Positions 10,687-23,767 of a stretch of 64,000 nucleotides of DNA are shown piece by piece. The stretch's first letter is position 1. Every line of letters begins with the position of its first letter. The notes below the pieces were generated by a model. That model was not told the DNA's origin, made no database searches, and saw only the letters and a list, made by a program, of their open reading frames with translations. The DNA is from Spirogloea muscicola (taxonomy: Eukaryota), in contig WELB01000023.1 of assembly GCA_009602725.1 (NCBI GenBank), forward strand, positions 733,977 through 797,976, in the 5' to 3' direction. The translations under genes and the position numbers were made by a program.

Positions 10687-13600
10687 TCAAGTTGCTGAAG
10701 AGACTGATTGCCTTTCTGCATTGATCAGCATGGAAAGGTGAGAGCGCATGTCTTTCAGTAGCTCGAGGGGTTGGCCGTCTTCCACCTGTAGGGCACATGG
10801 CAACTGTCACGTCCTGCCAAGAGAGCATGCTGATGGAAGTTCAAGGTTGCCGTGAGACTAGCATAACTTACGTTACACGATGCAGGAATAGGACCTAGAC
10901 CTCAGCCAATGGCCACTGTATGACCTGACATATGGGCTGATGAGGTGATGGAAATGCCTTACCACGCTGCCTCGATCCATGACAATGATGCGTGGCAAAG
11001 TTACAATAATTGCAGGATTATGCACTATCACAATGACAGTCATGCTTTTGCATTCCCGCGCAACCGTTTCCTGTATCTTCTGAGTTGTGACAGGATCTAT
11101 GCTGGCTGTGCACTCGTCCAGACAAAGCACCTGTGCATGTCAGAGCTGCATTTAGTGGCAGACTTTAATTGGTGTCACTGAATAGGAGAACAAGAGAAGT
11201 CATTAAAGGATGGAGAGAGCGTGTAGCAACTCCAAGTTATCACTTCACCACCATCGTCTTCATGACGGACTTGTGAGTCAGGACAGTAACACCACGTATA
11301 TAGCATGTATGCAATCATACAATGTCCCCTTCGCAAGGTCTTCAGTCTACCTGTTGTCTCTGAAGAATGGTTCTGGCCAAACAGAGAAGCTGCTGTTGGC
11401 CTCGAGAAAAGTTGGAGCCTGACTCAGCCACTTGCATTTCCAGGGATGAAGTTGACGCTGCCAGATGACACTTCTTCAATGCCTCCCAAATCTGGTGATC
11501 CGCATAAGCGCCTGCAGGATCCAGGTTCTCCCTGTTGACCAGCAATATGTTGTTGTATTGAATCTTTGCTCAAACACTCTTAATGAGCAACCCACGCGAA
11601 TAAAACAGAGACATTGAGAGAAGGATGGGAGAGGAAACAAGGCGCCTTCACCTGACACTCCCACTGAAGACGAAGGGGCTCTGTGGAACAACTCCAATCC
11701 TGCTCCGGAGCTGACTGAGAGGTACGCTGGCGATGTCTACGTTATCAATGAGGATACGACCTGCCGCCAGTTTGTACAACCGGAAGAGAGCAGCTAACAC
11801 GCTGGACTTGCCAGCTCCCGTCCTCCCCACAATACCCACCTGCAGGATCCATGAACTGCTCAAAGTAAGGTGAAGATCTGGGCCGAAGCATGCGGAAGAA
11901 TTGGAATAACTCGGAAAAGGTGTGACTGGCAATACTTGCTAGTGACTTACATGCTCAGGGGCAGCAATTGAGAACGTTAGACTGTCAAGTGCAGGAAGCA
12001 GTCCAGGTCTGTAGACCAAGCTGACGTTCTGAAAGGTGACCGATCCCACAGTAGGCCAAGAGTTGAGCTTCACAGGCAACGTCTCACCAAGCTTCCCCTC
12101 CTCCTCCTTGCTGATAGTCATGTACTGCAAGCCCAGCACCACAGCAGCACCTCTGGACACGATGTTATTTGGCGCTGTGAGAGCAACTTATAGCAGGACA
12201 GTGACTTTCCACAATAAGCACAATGAGCATCAGCCGCAGGACTTGCCACTTGTGACAGTTGATACCAAGGTCCTGGATGCCCCTGATTTGGTTCAGACCT
12301 CCTGTGGGAATGGCTAAGTACCTGTTGCACTCGCTCCACTGACACCAAGTCCTTCTCGGTCTCAGTGAAGACGGTCAAAATTGCATTCAAGAGCTCGACA
12401 ATGGGCATTGCATACGAAAGGCCTAAGCCAGTCTGCATAAGGATGACATGTTAGAAAGCCCACATCAAAAGCATAAACTGCCTGTTTGCTTACAGGTGAA
12501 CAAGATAATTCCCCAACTCGCAATAGCTGCATTCTTGCCATTGTAAGTCATGCTTGTTTACTTTCTACTACACAAGAGGAGCTCCATCTCGTGGTAAAAT
12601 CCAGTGAAGAGCCACAGCATACCATGCCAGCTGTGCTCTGTAGGAGGAAAGTAGGGCTCCAATGATGCTTCACGACTGCAAAGAGTGCGATGGTGGTAAC
12701 CAGAAAGGCTGCCATCAGCTGAGCCAGAAGCATCAACCGTAGAGAGTTAGTGTCTCCTGGCCATGCTTTGGCATAAGCTTTGACACGGGCAAGCTGCACA
12801 AGGTTTGGTCTCGTCCAGTAAATTATGCAGCTCTGAACCACTTCCGCTGAAGAAAAGTCCAGAATTTAGATGCACATTATGACCTCTAAGTGCCTTTGCT
12901 CGTGGAGGAAATAGTCTCTATGAGCAAGTCACCTGAAGACGCACTGAAAGCCACAACGATGCTACTGTCTCAGAGAAGGATGTCTGCTGATTGCGCGATA
13001 CCAGCTTTGCATGAGCCGCTGCAAATGTTGCCTGGAAAGGAGGGCAAGTCCCATGAGCGATTACTGCCAAGGATCAGGCTGCTCACAGATGCCTAAACAT
13101 GCTTATACATGTGTTAGACCTGCTTTGCTAGGAACGGCTTGTGGTGACTTATAAGTACACTTTAGTGGCTATGTGATTGACCTGCTTGTCAAATGCACGG
13201 ATGAGAGGAGCTCCTTCTAGAACCTCAAAGAAGGTAGCGTATATCGGAGACAGGGACAAGCTGTGCAGTCGGCGAAGCTCTCTGGACGTCTCCCTGTAGA
13301 ACCTCTGCAAGACAGGAAACGTGCAAGCTCAAGCGGACCAAAAGGGCTGTGCTGCACAATAGGTCTACAAGACACGCTTGATATACATTAGGCATAAGTG
13401 GAGGACCTGAGGTCAAGACCATCAATTGACATGACATCGTAAGAGCAGAACAACATCCAGGTATATGACGACCAAATTGATATGGAGTCAGACACAAGAT
13501 AAGAGTATGACATGAGTTGGGTTGTCAGATTGCCTGCATTCTGAGGTAGATATACAGGAGAGGCACCAGAACCAGTAGGAGTAGTGGCTGCTCAGACCAG

Positions 13601-16600
13601 AAGATGTTGGTTAGGTTGCAGCAGTCATAAGTACGCTACAGTGCGCAGATGATACGAGCCATAGGTGATTTACAAGTACTGCAGGCACTTGTGCAATAGT
13701 CCAGGATGACAACCATGATTAAGCAGTCAAACACCCTGAGTGTATAAGTAGGCAAGATGATGGTAAGTGCAAGCTACTTCTTGAGCTGGCCGATCAGATG
13801 GTCATTCTGACCTGTGTGTAGCATACAACCACAAGGACGCCCCCCATCTCAAAGACAATCGTAACCAGGATATTCACAATGAATGGCAAAGAGTCGTCAA
13901 TTGTATTCTGGTCAGAGGAGAACCTGCTCCAAAAGCAACACCTTGTCAGCGGAGCAGGATGATGGGTACATTTTGGCAGCACTAAGGTCTCAAGGACCAT
14001 CAACGGCCTCAAATAGGAGGCTTTGATAAACTGAACAAGCAATCACATGTAAGATGTGCTAAGTAACAGCTTGAACTTCGCTTGTAAAATTATCGCTGTA
14101 ATTCGCTGTCTCTATTCTAGTCTAGTGCAATCAAATTAAGATTGTTAGATCTTAAAAATTGAGAACCTGACAGATTGAGAACCTGTTGAGGATTCGACCA
14201 CGAGGCGTGCGATCAAAGAAGTCAACAGGAGCTGCGAGAACGCTTGATAGCAGCTCCTGGTGGAGGCCTTTGGCCGCACGTAGGCCCCCATAAGCGAAGG
14301 AGAAGGAGCGAGACAGCGTGAAGATAGTGTTCGCCAATGCTAGTGAAGCATATACTTCCTGCCACTTAGACAATGTTTGCTGTGGGTCAAGCGTGACAAC
14401 TTGCACCAAGCACATGCAAAAAGCTAACCAAGCATCTCATGCAACTTATACCTCCTCAAGAACATACTGATCAACGCGAGATTCATATTTGCAAAAAGTT
14501 AGTGTTGAGCTCAGGACCTGTGCAAGAGCATTAAACTCACTAGGTAGAAGAAGCCTCCTGGAGGCTGAGACACTGAAGACGGAGAGGTGTGGTCGTCCCA
14601 GAGGGACAACCAGACATCAGCTCCATTCTGGGTGGCTTGCATGAGGAAGATACTGGCTGCCACCAGAGCTACTACTGCCCATCCGACTGCAGCCAAATAT
14701 TGCCTGATGATATAGCACAAGGAGTCTCAAATATAAGAGTCCCAGGTAACAGCTGCTAAAGAAGAGCTACAGATTGTAACACGCAGTGATTCAATACAGG
14801 TGACCAGTAAACAACACAGTGCCGCTAAACCCTAAACCCTAAAGCCTACAAGGCATACATTTCCATACCTGTACACAACGAGGCGGACACTCCCTATCTC
14901 CCGCTCCTCTTCCTCCACATAGCTTCTTCCTTGCTACTCCTTGCTACGCACAAGACCACAAGCCTGATTGTGATCCTCTCCATGCACCCTGTTGTCGCCG
15001 TAGGCTCCAACCTGAGACGGTGTGCTCAAACCAAAGGTTGAGGCATTGCCTTGACCTGTTGCAGGCTGCTGCAGATCCTTAGCCACTTGGCTGTCAGCTG
15101 TCGTCACATCTGCATATGCGCCGGAGTGGCCCTCAAGATTGAAGCTCTTATCGTATGATGTAAGTGGTGGACCCACATACTCCACCAGGCCATCCTTCAA
15201 ACTCACGAGCAAATCTGCTCGTGCCACGGCCTGTTGTGGAGGGAGAGTGTGCTCAGACCACAAAGGATCTGACATGAGCATCCTCTAAAGTTGGCTGAGC
15301 GCTACTCATTAACCTGAGTTGCCAAGCTTGTCGCATAGTGCTCATCAAAAAGCATTGGAATGTCAACAACACCTAGCAAGGCGGAACAGCGAGACTGTTT
15401 CGGGAGACAGACAACCGAGCTTGCTGAGCTTCATATAGCACGTGTCACGAGAAGCATTGACTGCAATGCAATTATGACTTACCTGTCGATGGTGTGTACA
15501 TATGATTCTTGTAGTCGATTGCATAACAGGGCCGCAGATGGCATTTTCGAGAAGGTGGCTGGCCACTTTGACATCAACCTCGCTTAAGGGGTCATCCAAG
15601 AGGTACACTTGTCGCCGTTGGTATATTGCCCTTGACAAGACTAAGTCAGCGTTGTCATTACTAGTGAAGCAGCACCACTTGTGAACTCTTAGTCTGTCCA
15701 TACTTAGATGTCACTTGACAGATAGCTGCTCAACGGAAGCCCGCCCGACTACTCTTTGTGGTGCTTTGCTGGTCCTACACAAGACAGTGTAAAGAGGAAC
15801 TTTAGCCAATCTGTTAGTCACAGAATCTGACTCACCTCGCAAGTGCAAGCCGAGACCGTTGACCACCCGAGAGATTGAGCCCTCGCTCTCCCAGTTCCGC
15901 CAGGTCGGAGCCTGGCATTTGCTCGAGGTCAAAGGTCAAGGCGCATGCCTGCAGGACCTCAGCATACCTGAGCACGACAGGCACTGAGAATAACTCATCA
16001 GCACTACTTGTGGCATCTGATGAACAACGCATCGCTTCTTATGACGACTGCTAGGATTCAGGCCGGATGTAGCTTCAAGAATGCGCACACAGCTGGTAGG
16101 TGGTGTGCTCTATACTGGGCAGAGACAAAGCCCAGGTTCGACTGAAGCACGCTGCCATTGCCCTTACATACTTCACTTTATTTACCTTTCAGCTTCATAC
16201 TCCTCGCCAAAGAGGACATTGTCTCTGAATGTTGCAGCTTGTATCCAAGGTACCTGCAGAAAGAATGAACTTGGGGGTGGCAGCATTCTCACAACCTTGC
16301 AGGTGCTCATAGAGAAGGATCAGAATGTTTCTCAATGAGGCAATGATCAAATGCTTACCTGGGACACATAGCCTACTGTGCCTCTCAACACAGCTCCACC
16401 TTCTAAGCACTTCAGCTCGCCCAAAAGGCCAGCCAGTAGCGACGTCTCTCCAGAAGCCACCTGCACAGAGGAGTTGCTAACATCAAGAGCTGCTTGTACA
16501 TGCATTTGAGCATGCCTGCTATAAAGGTGGCCATGTGTTAACCTCGTTGCGAGATAAGCATCCCTGGAAGCTTGTCAGAGTTATGCATGGCACTGTGTGG

Positions 16601-19600
16601 TAGAAAGCTTGAAGAAGTTGATTCCTGTAAGAACAATTACTGACCTCGCCAACAACTGCCACAAGCGCCCCTTGAGGTACTGCAAGCCAGATACCCTTCA
16701 GGCAGGGGGCAAGCTGGTTCGACCAAGTAAAGCGAGCCCCTGCCACACTCAGAGCAACCTCTTCCTGCCACGCATCTCCCTCTTGTACTTGCCCTCTCGC
16801 CCTCTTAATTGAGTTACTTGTACCTTTAGTGGCAGGTCCATGTGAAGCATGGCCGCAAGCAGAGTATGCCCACTGCGGGTCAAGCTCTGGACACGAGAGG
16901 AAGCGCAATAGACGCCGCAAGGACACTGTGGCCTGGCAAGGAGGTCAAGGTAGCAGGTATTAACTGCAGTACCCGTGGGCAAAACAGATGTGAGCAGGAG
17001 TGACTTGCATGCTTAGACTAACGACAGGTTTAAGCATTGTCGTGGTCAATGCATGCAAATTATGAAAAGGTCTGCAAGCTATGAGCTGTTGGAGGCTAAA
17101 CTTGGTCAGAGGAGCACTGATTATGCTTGCCTCAACTACACCATTTATGACCCACGGAAAGCAATTGAGCGGGGCTAAGAGAACGTTGAAGAGCGCCAGG
17201 CTGGTAAAGACCTGTGGCACAAGCATACTTCTTATCAAGACCTCTGAATTGTGTGCTCTTGCTGTAATCTTGCTGTCAGCTTGATTGGTATGAAGGACCA
17301 CTTCTGTATCTCCATGTGGCAACTAGCAACTTTTTGACTAGATCTTAGTACTCTGCCACAATTGTTTGGATACACCAATGCTTTTAAAGAATGTAGCCCA
17401 TCTGTGGCCTGGTCAACGTCAGATTCTGACATGGTTCAAATACAGTGGCACAAAGGCGTATAGGAATACCGTGGAAGCACGGAGTGGATTTCCGAGGAGG
17501 GCGTAGAGCCCAAAAGTCAGCACAGAAACCAAGATGGACGTGCACGCCCAGAAGTAGACACAGAATGCATCAAGGTACTTGATCGTCTGCAATGATGTTG
17601 GCCAACATAGAGCTTCAAGAAGTTACAAGGCTGGTAAATGAGATAATTGTAAGACACGCTCTGTATTATATATGTTCTTTTGAAAGATGGGTTGTTGATA
17701 ACAGATCATGTCGACGTACAATAGATTTGGCAGTGGCAGAGGTCATAGTATAGGTCCAAGGGCAGCTCACCGTAAGGGACTGCAGCTCCTTCTGACGAGC
17801 GCAAGTTGTCTGCTTTATGAAGAAGGGCTCCCAAGCATAAAGCTTCACTGTTCGGATGCCAGCCAGCAGCTCGCCCATTCGCCTGACCCTGGAAGCAGAG
17901 AATCAATTATCCTTGAAAATACTGACACATTTCCCCTCAAGCAAGGGATGCAATGAGGATGCATGCTTAGTATATCCACTGCGACATTCACTTGCAGGTG
18001 GGCTTCATCGAGGAGCAGGAGACCAAGCTTCACTCCATGAAGTGGGGCTACTTGTTACTACTCCTTAACAGCACGGTACTATCAAAAGTAAGGGTCACAT
18101 ATCTAGTCATGAATACCTGACATCTTTAGCTTCCATCATTGCTTTGCAGGCAGCCGCAATGCGTGCTGCTAGCCACTGATTCACTGCATCATCCAGAGAA
18201 GCCACACCTCTAATCATAAACTGCTGCAATGGCGACCTCTGGACTGACCACATTGACTCAAGCTCTCAATAGCACAGAGGCAAGAAGTGTGTCAAACAGG
18301 ATGGCCGGTCTCTACAGATATGAAATTGCTACATAGATGTAGATGTAGACAGATGAGACAGGCACAACACATTGTAGTGGGGCAAATTGCATGTGCCATC
18401 TCATCAATGATGGCTGTGTCAGTGGCACTGCCATGTCCACTATAATGGCCATGTACTTGTAGGGGAAAGAAACTTAGATTCATAACAACAAGAAACAGCC
18501 TGCATGGGACCTTTAGACTTACATGGGATGAGGATCACAATGAATGCAAGTCCACCCAGGAACGCATACTGAACTTGGAAGTAGAGCAACAAGAGAGCCA
18601 CAGCTATCTGAAAAGGAAGACTGATGCCAGAAATAATAATCACAATGTGCCCAGCATAGGCGATGTCAAGGCAACTATGAATGGAGCTATACAAGGTTGT
18701 AGTATGCTATGGCCACCAGGATCAGGGAAGGAAGATAAAGGACTGGAGATGGTCCTCTGGCTGCTCACAACACAAAGCTGTGCCAATATTCTGCATGCAT
18801 CAGCACCTATAGTCATCGCCGCTAGACGAGAGTAGATTCAGACCCACTTGTACCTCCACAGATCGTGAAGGCACATGCAGAGGCCCGTAACGCGTTCAGC
18901 ATCCACTGACATAAATGTCTGGACCTCTCCGCTTGAGAAGATGCTCTTGTCCGCCAAGCTAAGACACAGAGCCTGGGCAGCAGAAACAAGACACATGCTC
19001 CATCACACTATATCAGAGAAGACATCCTTGTACCTTGTTTCCTTGACCTCACTAGAGTGTTCTTGGTATATCACGATGGCAGCAATAGCTGCATCAGAAG
19101 TAGCTCACTGCTGGCTTGTGGCTTGTCAACAATATCACACGTAGTATCTATCTGCAAAGATGACACTCCAATTGAGCTATGTCTCGCAGACTTGTATGAA
19201 CCTCATTGCAAGCCTGGAAATGATAGTGCTTCTGCTGGAGTGATACTGTTAATCATAGGCCAAGTACCTTCTTGTACACAGCTGTCATAAGCGCAGCATT
19301 CATTTGCAGGCGAATAGTTGCAATGATGTAGGTATACTGAGATCCCAGAAGTGCCCTGAGCATCCAGTGTACACCGAGCTTTATAAATTTCCACTTTTGA
19401 CAGGCTGGAGCAAGCAGGACAACGGCTGATGAACGAAGATTACAGGACCATGACAAGTTGGGCAATGTGCTTGACATATGGAGCCATGTGCTGTAAGGCA
19501 GTCAGGTAGTGGAAAAAATGTTCGGAGCTCTGCTGTACCTGATTGCAGCCGCACCTCCTAACGCAATGGCACAACTCAGGCCATAATGAAACCCTCGGAT

Positions 19601-20681
19601 ATCTTCAGGAGGTGTGTGAGACGAATGATCACCTGATTCAATAGAGCTAGACACGATGTAGATTGAGTGCGTCTTTATCTTCCTCTGTGAGGAGCAGAAA
19701 TCCAGATCATCAGCAAGGTGCAATCAAATACTTGCCAGAAAGCTTATGTTGCTTGGAGATGTGATGAGCAGGTCTTACCTTGATCAAGAAATGCTATGAC
19801 TTCGTGAAGCAGCAGCGGCCCCACAAAACAAAGTGCATCGTTTATGAGCTGCAAAAAGCAAGCCATGCAGAGAGAACGCTCTACAGGATCACAGACCACC
19901 TCTCATTCCAATGTGGGCTGGTGGAAGGATCTAGACTTCTTGGCGTCTGTCTGAAGTTGATACAAGCCAATATAGGGCAGGAGTTTCGCTCCTCTGACCG
20001 TGGTATGATCTCAGGATTGGAAAGTGCATCTTGCTTGACAATCAGTGGAGGACCATCATATGACAGCAGGCTGAGAATGCCTGCGACGAATTATCCAAAG
20101 GGGGTCCTGGCAGGCTGAGGTGACAGATGCCGTGGAAGGACACTGCAGTGCCTACTTAACCAGGCCGAGCATAACAGGCAGCCCACCTTGATCAGCCCGG
20201 CAGCTACAAACAGGTAGCGGTATCCATCAAACACGGCCCAGAGCAGATCGAGACTGCCGGAGTCGGGCCGCTGCCGGCCTGCCCACAGGCACCACAGCCG
20301 GTTGCCGCAGGCCTGCGGCTGCATCGCTTCCGGCAGCTCAAAGAGGTCTGCGAATTCCAGCTGCCGCTCCGCGCCCAGGGCCAGGAGGGGGTCCACCCAG
20401 GAGAACGTCAGCTGGCTCCAGACGGAGCGCTTGCCGGGACTCTGATTTCAGCAACAGGGCGAGGCGCACGGAAGTGAGAGGCGAGAGGAGCTCGTCGAGG
20501 CCAAGGGCGATGAAAGCAAGCTGCCTCGACCAAATCAGCAGCTCGAGTTGTGCAGAGGCTGGAAGATGGCTGGCAAAGGACGGGAGCGCGCCTGCCAGCG
20601 GCCTGCGGCGGAGCAAGGGCCGGCCTCCGCAGGCAGCAGCGGCTCCGCCGGGCCGGCGCCGCCGCCGCGGGCGCTGGCCAT
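10687..20681 (-). CDS. ABCC13: ABC transporter C family member 13-like (MRP), about 30 exons; possibly damaged
   Basis: [16 protein letters not shown]...[92 protein letters not shown]. The start codon at 20681 is inferred through a GC-AG intron. Confidence 0.9.
14825..14843. repeat. Short interstitial plant-type telomeric repeat (CCCTAAA)n in an ABCC13 intron
   Basis: CTAAACCCTAAACCCTAAA, about 2.7 units. Confidence 0.6.
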
Positions 20682-20914
20682 CGCCGGCGGGCTGCTGCGG
20701 CGGCAGTGCGTCGTCGCAAGGAGGCGGGAGGGCCGCAGCTGGCCCTCAACCCTTAGCGTTAAACCCTACATCCGGACCAGCCGCCTCACCTGCCGCCGGC
20801 GCGGCCGGCGCCGCGGATGCGGCCGCCACGCGCGGCGCAGCGGCGCGGAGAGGCCGGAGAGAGACTGCGGCTGCAGTAGGTACGGGGCGACTGTGGAAGT
20901 GTGAGCTACACGAG

Positions 20915-23215
20915 CGGAGAATTGAGTGTGTATTGGGTGCTGGAAGGTCTGAGTGGCTAACTACAAAGGCAAGCACATTGACGAATGTACACATAGGGGG
21001 TCCCAGCGAGCCCGTATTTCTGCTGCCGGGGGAAATCCCGTCAGCGGTGACGCTGACCCAGCCGCTGACGCTTCGGGCCGCCTGCCGAGCTGAGCGACTG
21101 CAAGACTCAGATGGGCAATGCGCGCATGAGATGGAAGCAAACAGCTCGTCCGTTGTAAGGCAATGGCTGTGAGAGGCCAGCCCAGAGGAATGTACAAGGG
21201 CTGCAAGGGCAGGAAGCCGCTAAAAGCAGGATTCTATTTGCCGTGACTCCTGCAAGTGGGCTCTCAATAAACTCTAGTCAGCAAGTGCGGATCAGAGTGA
21301 GTAGAGAGCGAGAAGCGTCCCCCTGAGGTGAAAGGTAGGCCAAGCCGAGCACGTCCAAGCGCTGCGCACTTGACTTAGTCGCGGATCTCGGTAACGAGCA
21401 TGATATCCGACACCTTTATTCGCCTTCATCACTTGACACTTCCATGGAGAAGAGAGAGCGCGATTCGCGTATATTGAAAAGGGAGGCCAGTTGGGGCGAT
21501 GATTATGACGGCAAGACCCGAGGCACCCCACGTCCCCTCTGCAGCCTGCCATGACGGCCTTCAAGCCGGGACCGGCCCCCTGGCCAGCCCCACGCACCTG
21601 CGCTGGCTGTGGGCCTTCTGGCTCGGAGGCCCGTGGCCAGCCCAGAAGTGGCTGTGCAGCCCATCCTGCTGCGACCATCGCCGGCCTGCTACGGTAGCAC
21701 CGGCCAACACGCCGTCACTGAACGATGCGCTAGCGGCCATGCACAGAGCTGTGCTCCCTCTCCAAGCCCAGGACCCTTGGATCATCACCATCCTTGAGCT
21801 TCAGCCAGGCAGGCCTGCGCAGCCAGTCGCCTACTCGTAGGCCCAGCCTAATGCTTGTGTAGCCTGCTCGCAGAGCCCTGAAACGTCAATTTCATATCCA
21901 GCACAACTTCGAGCTCGTGCCATTGCCGTCCATGCATGCATCGTTCACTTACAGCGCGGCCAGGCCAAGACGCAATTATCTGGTAGCGCAATGAGTGAAA
22001 GTCTTTTCGTCCGCCCAGATGCGTGGGCCACTGCAAGAGGTGATGCGCACCAGGTCGACGTGCCATGTGCCCGTCAGCAAGTCGGCACGGTGCCGTGGAC
22101 CTCTGCACGACTTGGTAGGCAGCCTCTTGGAATAGGCCGAAGGTGCCGTTGCAATAAAGCACCGTAATCGGCTATTGCTCGTGGCCATGCTGCGCAGCGC
22201 AGCATGTGCGCCGCAGTATAGGGTGGACGATTGCGCTTCTACAAGGACCTACAACGTGCTCATTGCGTGCTCACCACATGGAGAACGTTGAGGTCGCAGG
22301 CGAGATGGAATTGAGCCTCTTGCTTATAGCGGGCGGGTGGCAAGTCCCCAGCCTGTGCCCCCTGTACCGTAATCCTAAAGCTCCAGGCTTGGGTTGGCAA
22401 GGAAGCCTTATAGATAAGGCTATGCTGGACGTAGCCTTAATGAGGAGCGAACACTTTTAGAACGATGTAATTCTTCCATAAGGGCGATGGCAATGTCGTG
22501 CCGCCCATTAGACTGAACCAGGTCCAAAGAGGTCAGAAGGCGAGCACCACTCAGGAAAGAAAGGGACCACTAAGGATGGCGACTCACCTGATCAGCAGCC
22601 GCAAGTCGGAATGTCTAGCAGCCAGACAACAAGTAAGCTCTTCTGAAGGGGCGATGGCCAGGAAAGGCCAGCCCAAAGGGAGTTGACAAGGTCCACAAGG
22701 GGCCTGAAAGAATAAGGTAAACCAAAGACACAGCTCCTTACAAAGTAAGTAACAGCTTTCTCAATGTAAGACAGTAGCTGTGAGAGGCCAGCCCAAAGAA
22801 AAATGACTCTTCCAGTAGAGGGCGATGGCTGTCATTGAAGAAGTGGCACTCTCAATGGGGGCAAGGGCTGCAAAAAGCCAGCCCAAAAAGAATTGACAAA
22901 GGTTGTCATTGGCCAAAGCATAGAAAAGAAAGAAGAAAACCCAAAGCCCAAAGGAATGAACAAGATCGGAGAGAAACGCTCTTTCCATGTAAGGCAGCTT
23001 TTGTGAGAGGCCAGCCCGAGGAATGTACAAGGGCCGGAAAGGGCAGGGCTGTGAATGGCCCGCGAAAAGAGAGAAGCTCTACTCAAGGGGGCGATGGCTG
23101 TGGAAACAGGCCCAATGCAGTAAAACAAGAGAAGCAGCCCCACGGCGGGCGAGGGCTGTAAAGGAAATTGCCGCCCATGTAGAAGTGGCTCTCCCGCTAT
23201 AAAAGCCAGCCCGCC
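20915..23215 (-). repeat. Cluster of CRE-like retrotransposon fragments, including a decayed endonuclease-region copy and a tandem array of 3' ends
   Basis: Family-B 3'UTR at about 20915-20992. SDPHLLTRVY* at about 21263-21300. Degenerate FGLFQEA...ADGH..R.DLV at about 22050-22145. SDLRLLIR at about 22585-22612. Repeated GGCTGTGAGAGGCCAGCCC-type units at 22640-23215. Confidence 0.8.
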
Positions 23216-23379
23216 ACGAGAGACCTCTTGGAGCGCCAATAGAACGTCAATGGCGTCGGGTTCGTGGCCGCACCAGCCGCCGCCGCCGTTTTCACGGTTC
23301 TTTCCACCGTTTCCATCCCAGTACAGTACTTGTCCACTACCGGTCATTCGACAAAGCTGATTTCATCGCGTAGGAGCTG

Positions 23380-23408
23380 GCCACGTGTAGACACGTCAAC
23401 CGCCACGT
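23380..23408. promoter_or_regulatory. Triple ABRE/G-box cluster
   Basis: GCCACGT (23380), GACACGT (23390) and GCCACGT (23402), which read ACGTGGC/ACGTGTC on the minus strand, about 360 bp upstream of the ATG at 23768. Confidence 0.55.
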
Positions 23409-23767
23409 CGGACGGTCCACCACCGCGCCCCGTCTGTCAAGCACGCAATGTGGGCGCCGCCGTCGTTGGCGAGGCGGCGGCTTCCTCTGGCCCTCAACGG
23501 CACTAGCTGGGAGCTGATAGATGGGAGCCCCGTCTTGTTAGTGGCGCCCACACTGCGTCTGCGTCTGCGCTTGCCGCGGCCTGAGGCACCCGCCTGTGCG
23601 GCACTCTTGCGGTGAGGTCCTCGTCGGCGTGGGCCGGCCCTGCGCCTGGCGTGCGGCTCTGCGGCGAGGCTGCGCTTGCGGGCTGCCCAGCGGCAGGAGC
23701 TGGCGTGGTAGCCACGCCGGCAGCGACGCGGAGGGTAGGCGTGGTAGTGGGAAAGCAGAGGGTAGGC

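Noticed and set aside
14825..14843. Telomeric repeat as the retrotransposon target, as for MoTeR
   Set aside because: No element lies beside it and none of the TSDs is telomeric.
22640..23215. CRISPR-like repeat-spacer array
   Set aside because: Units are irregular and degenerate, match retroelement termini, the context is eukaryotic, and no cas genes are present.
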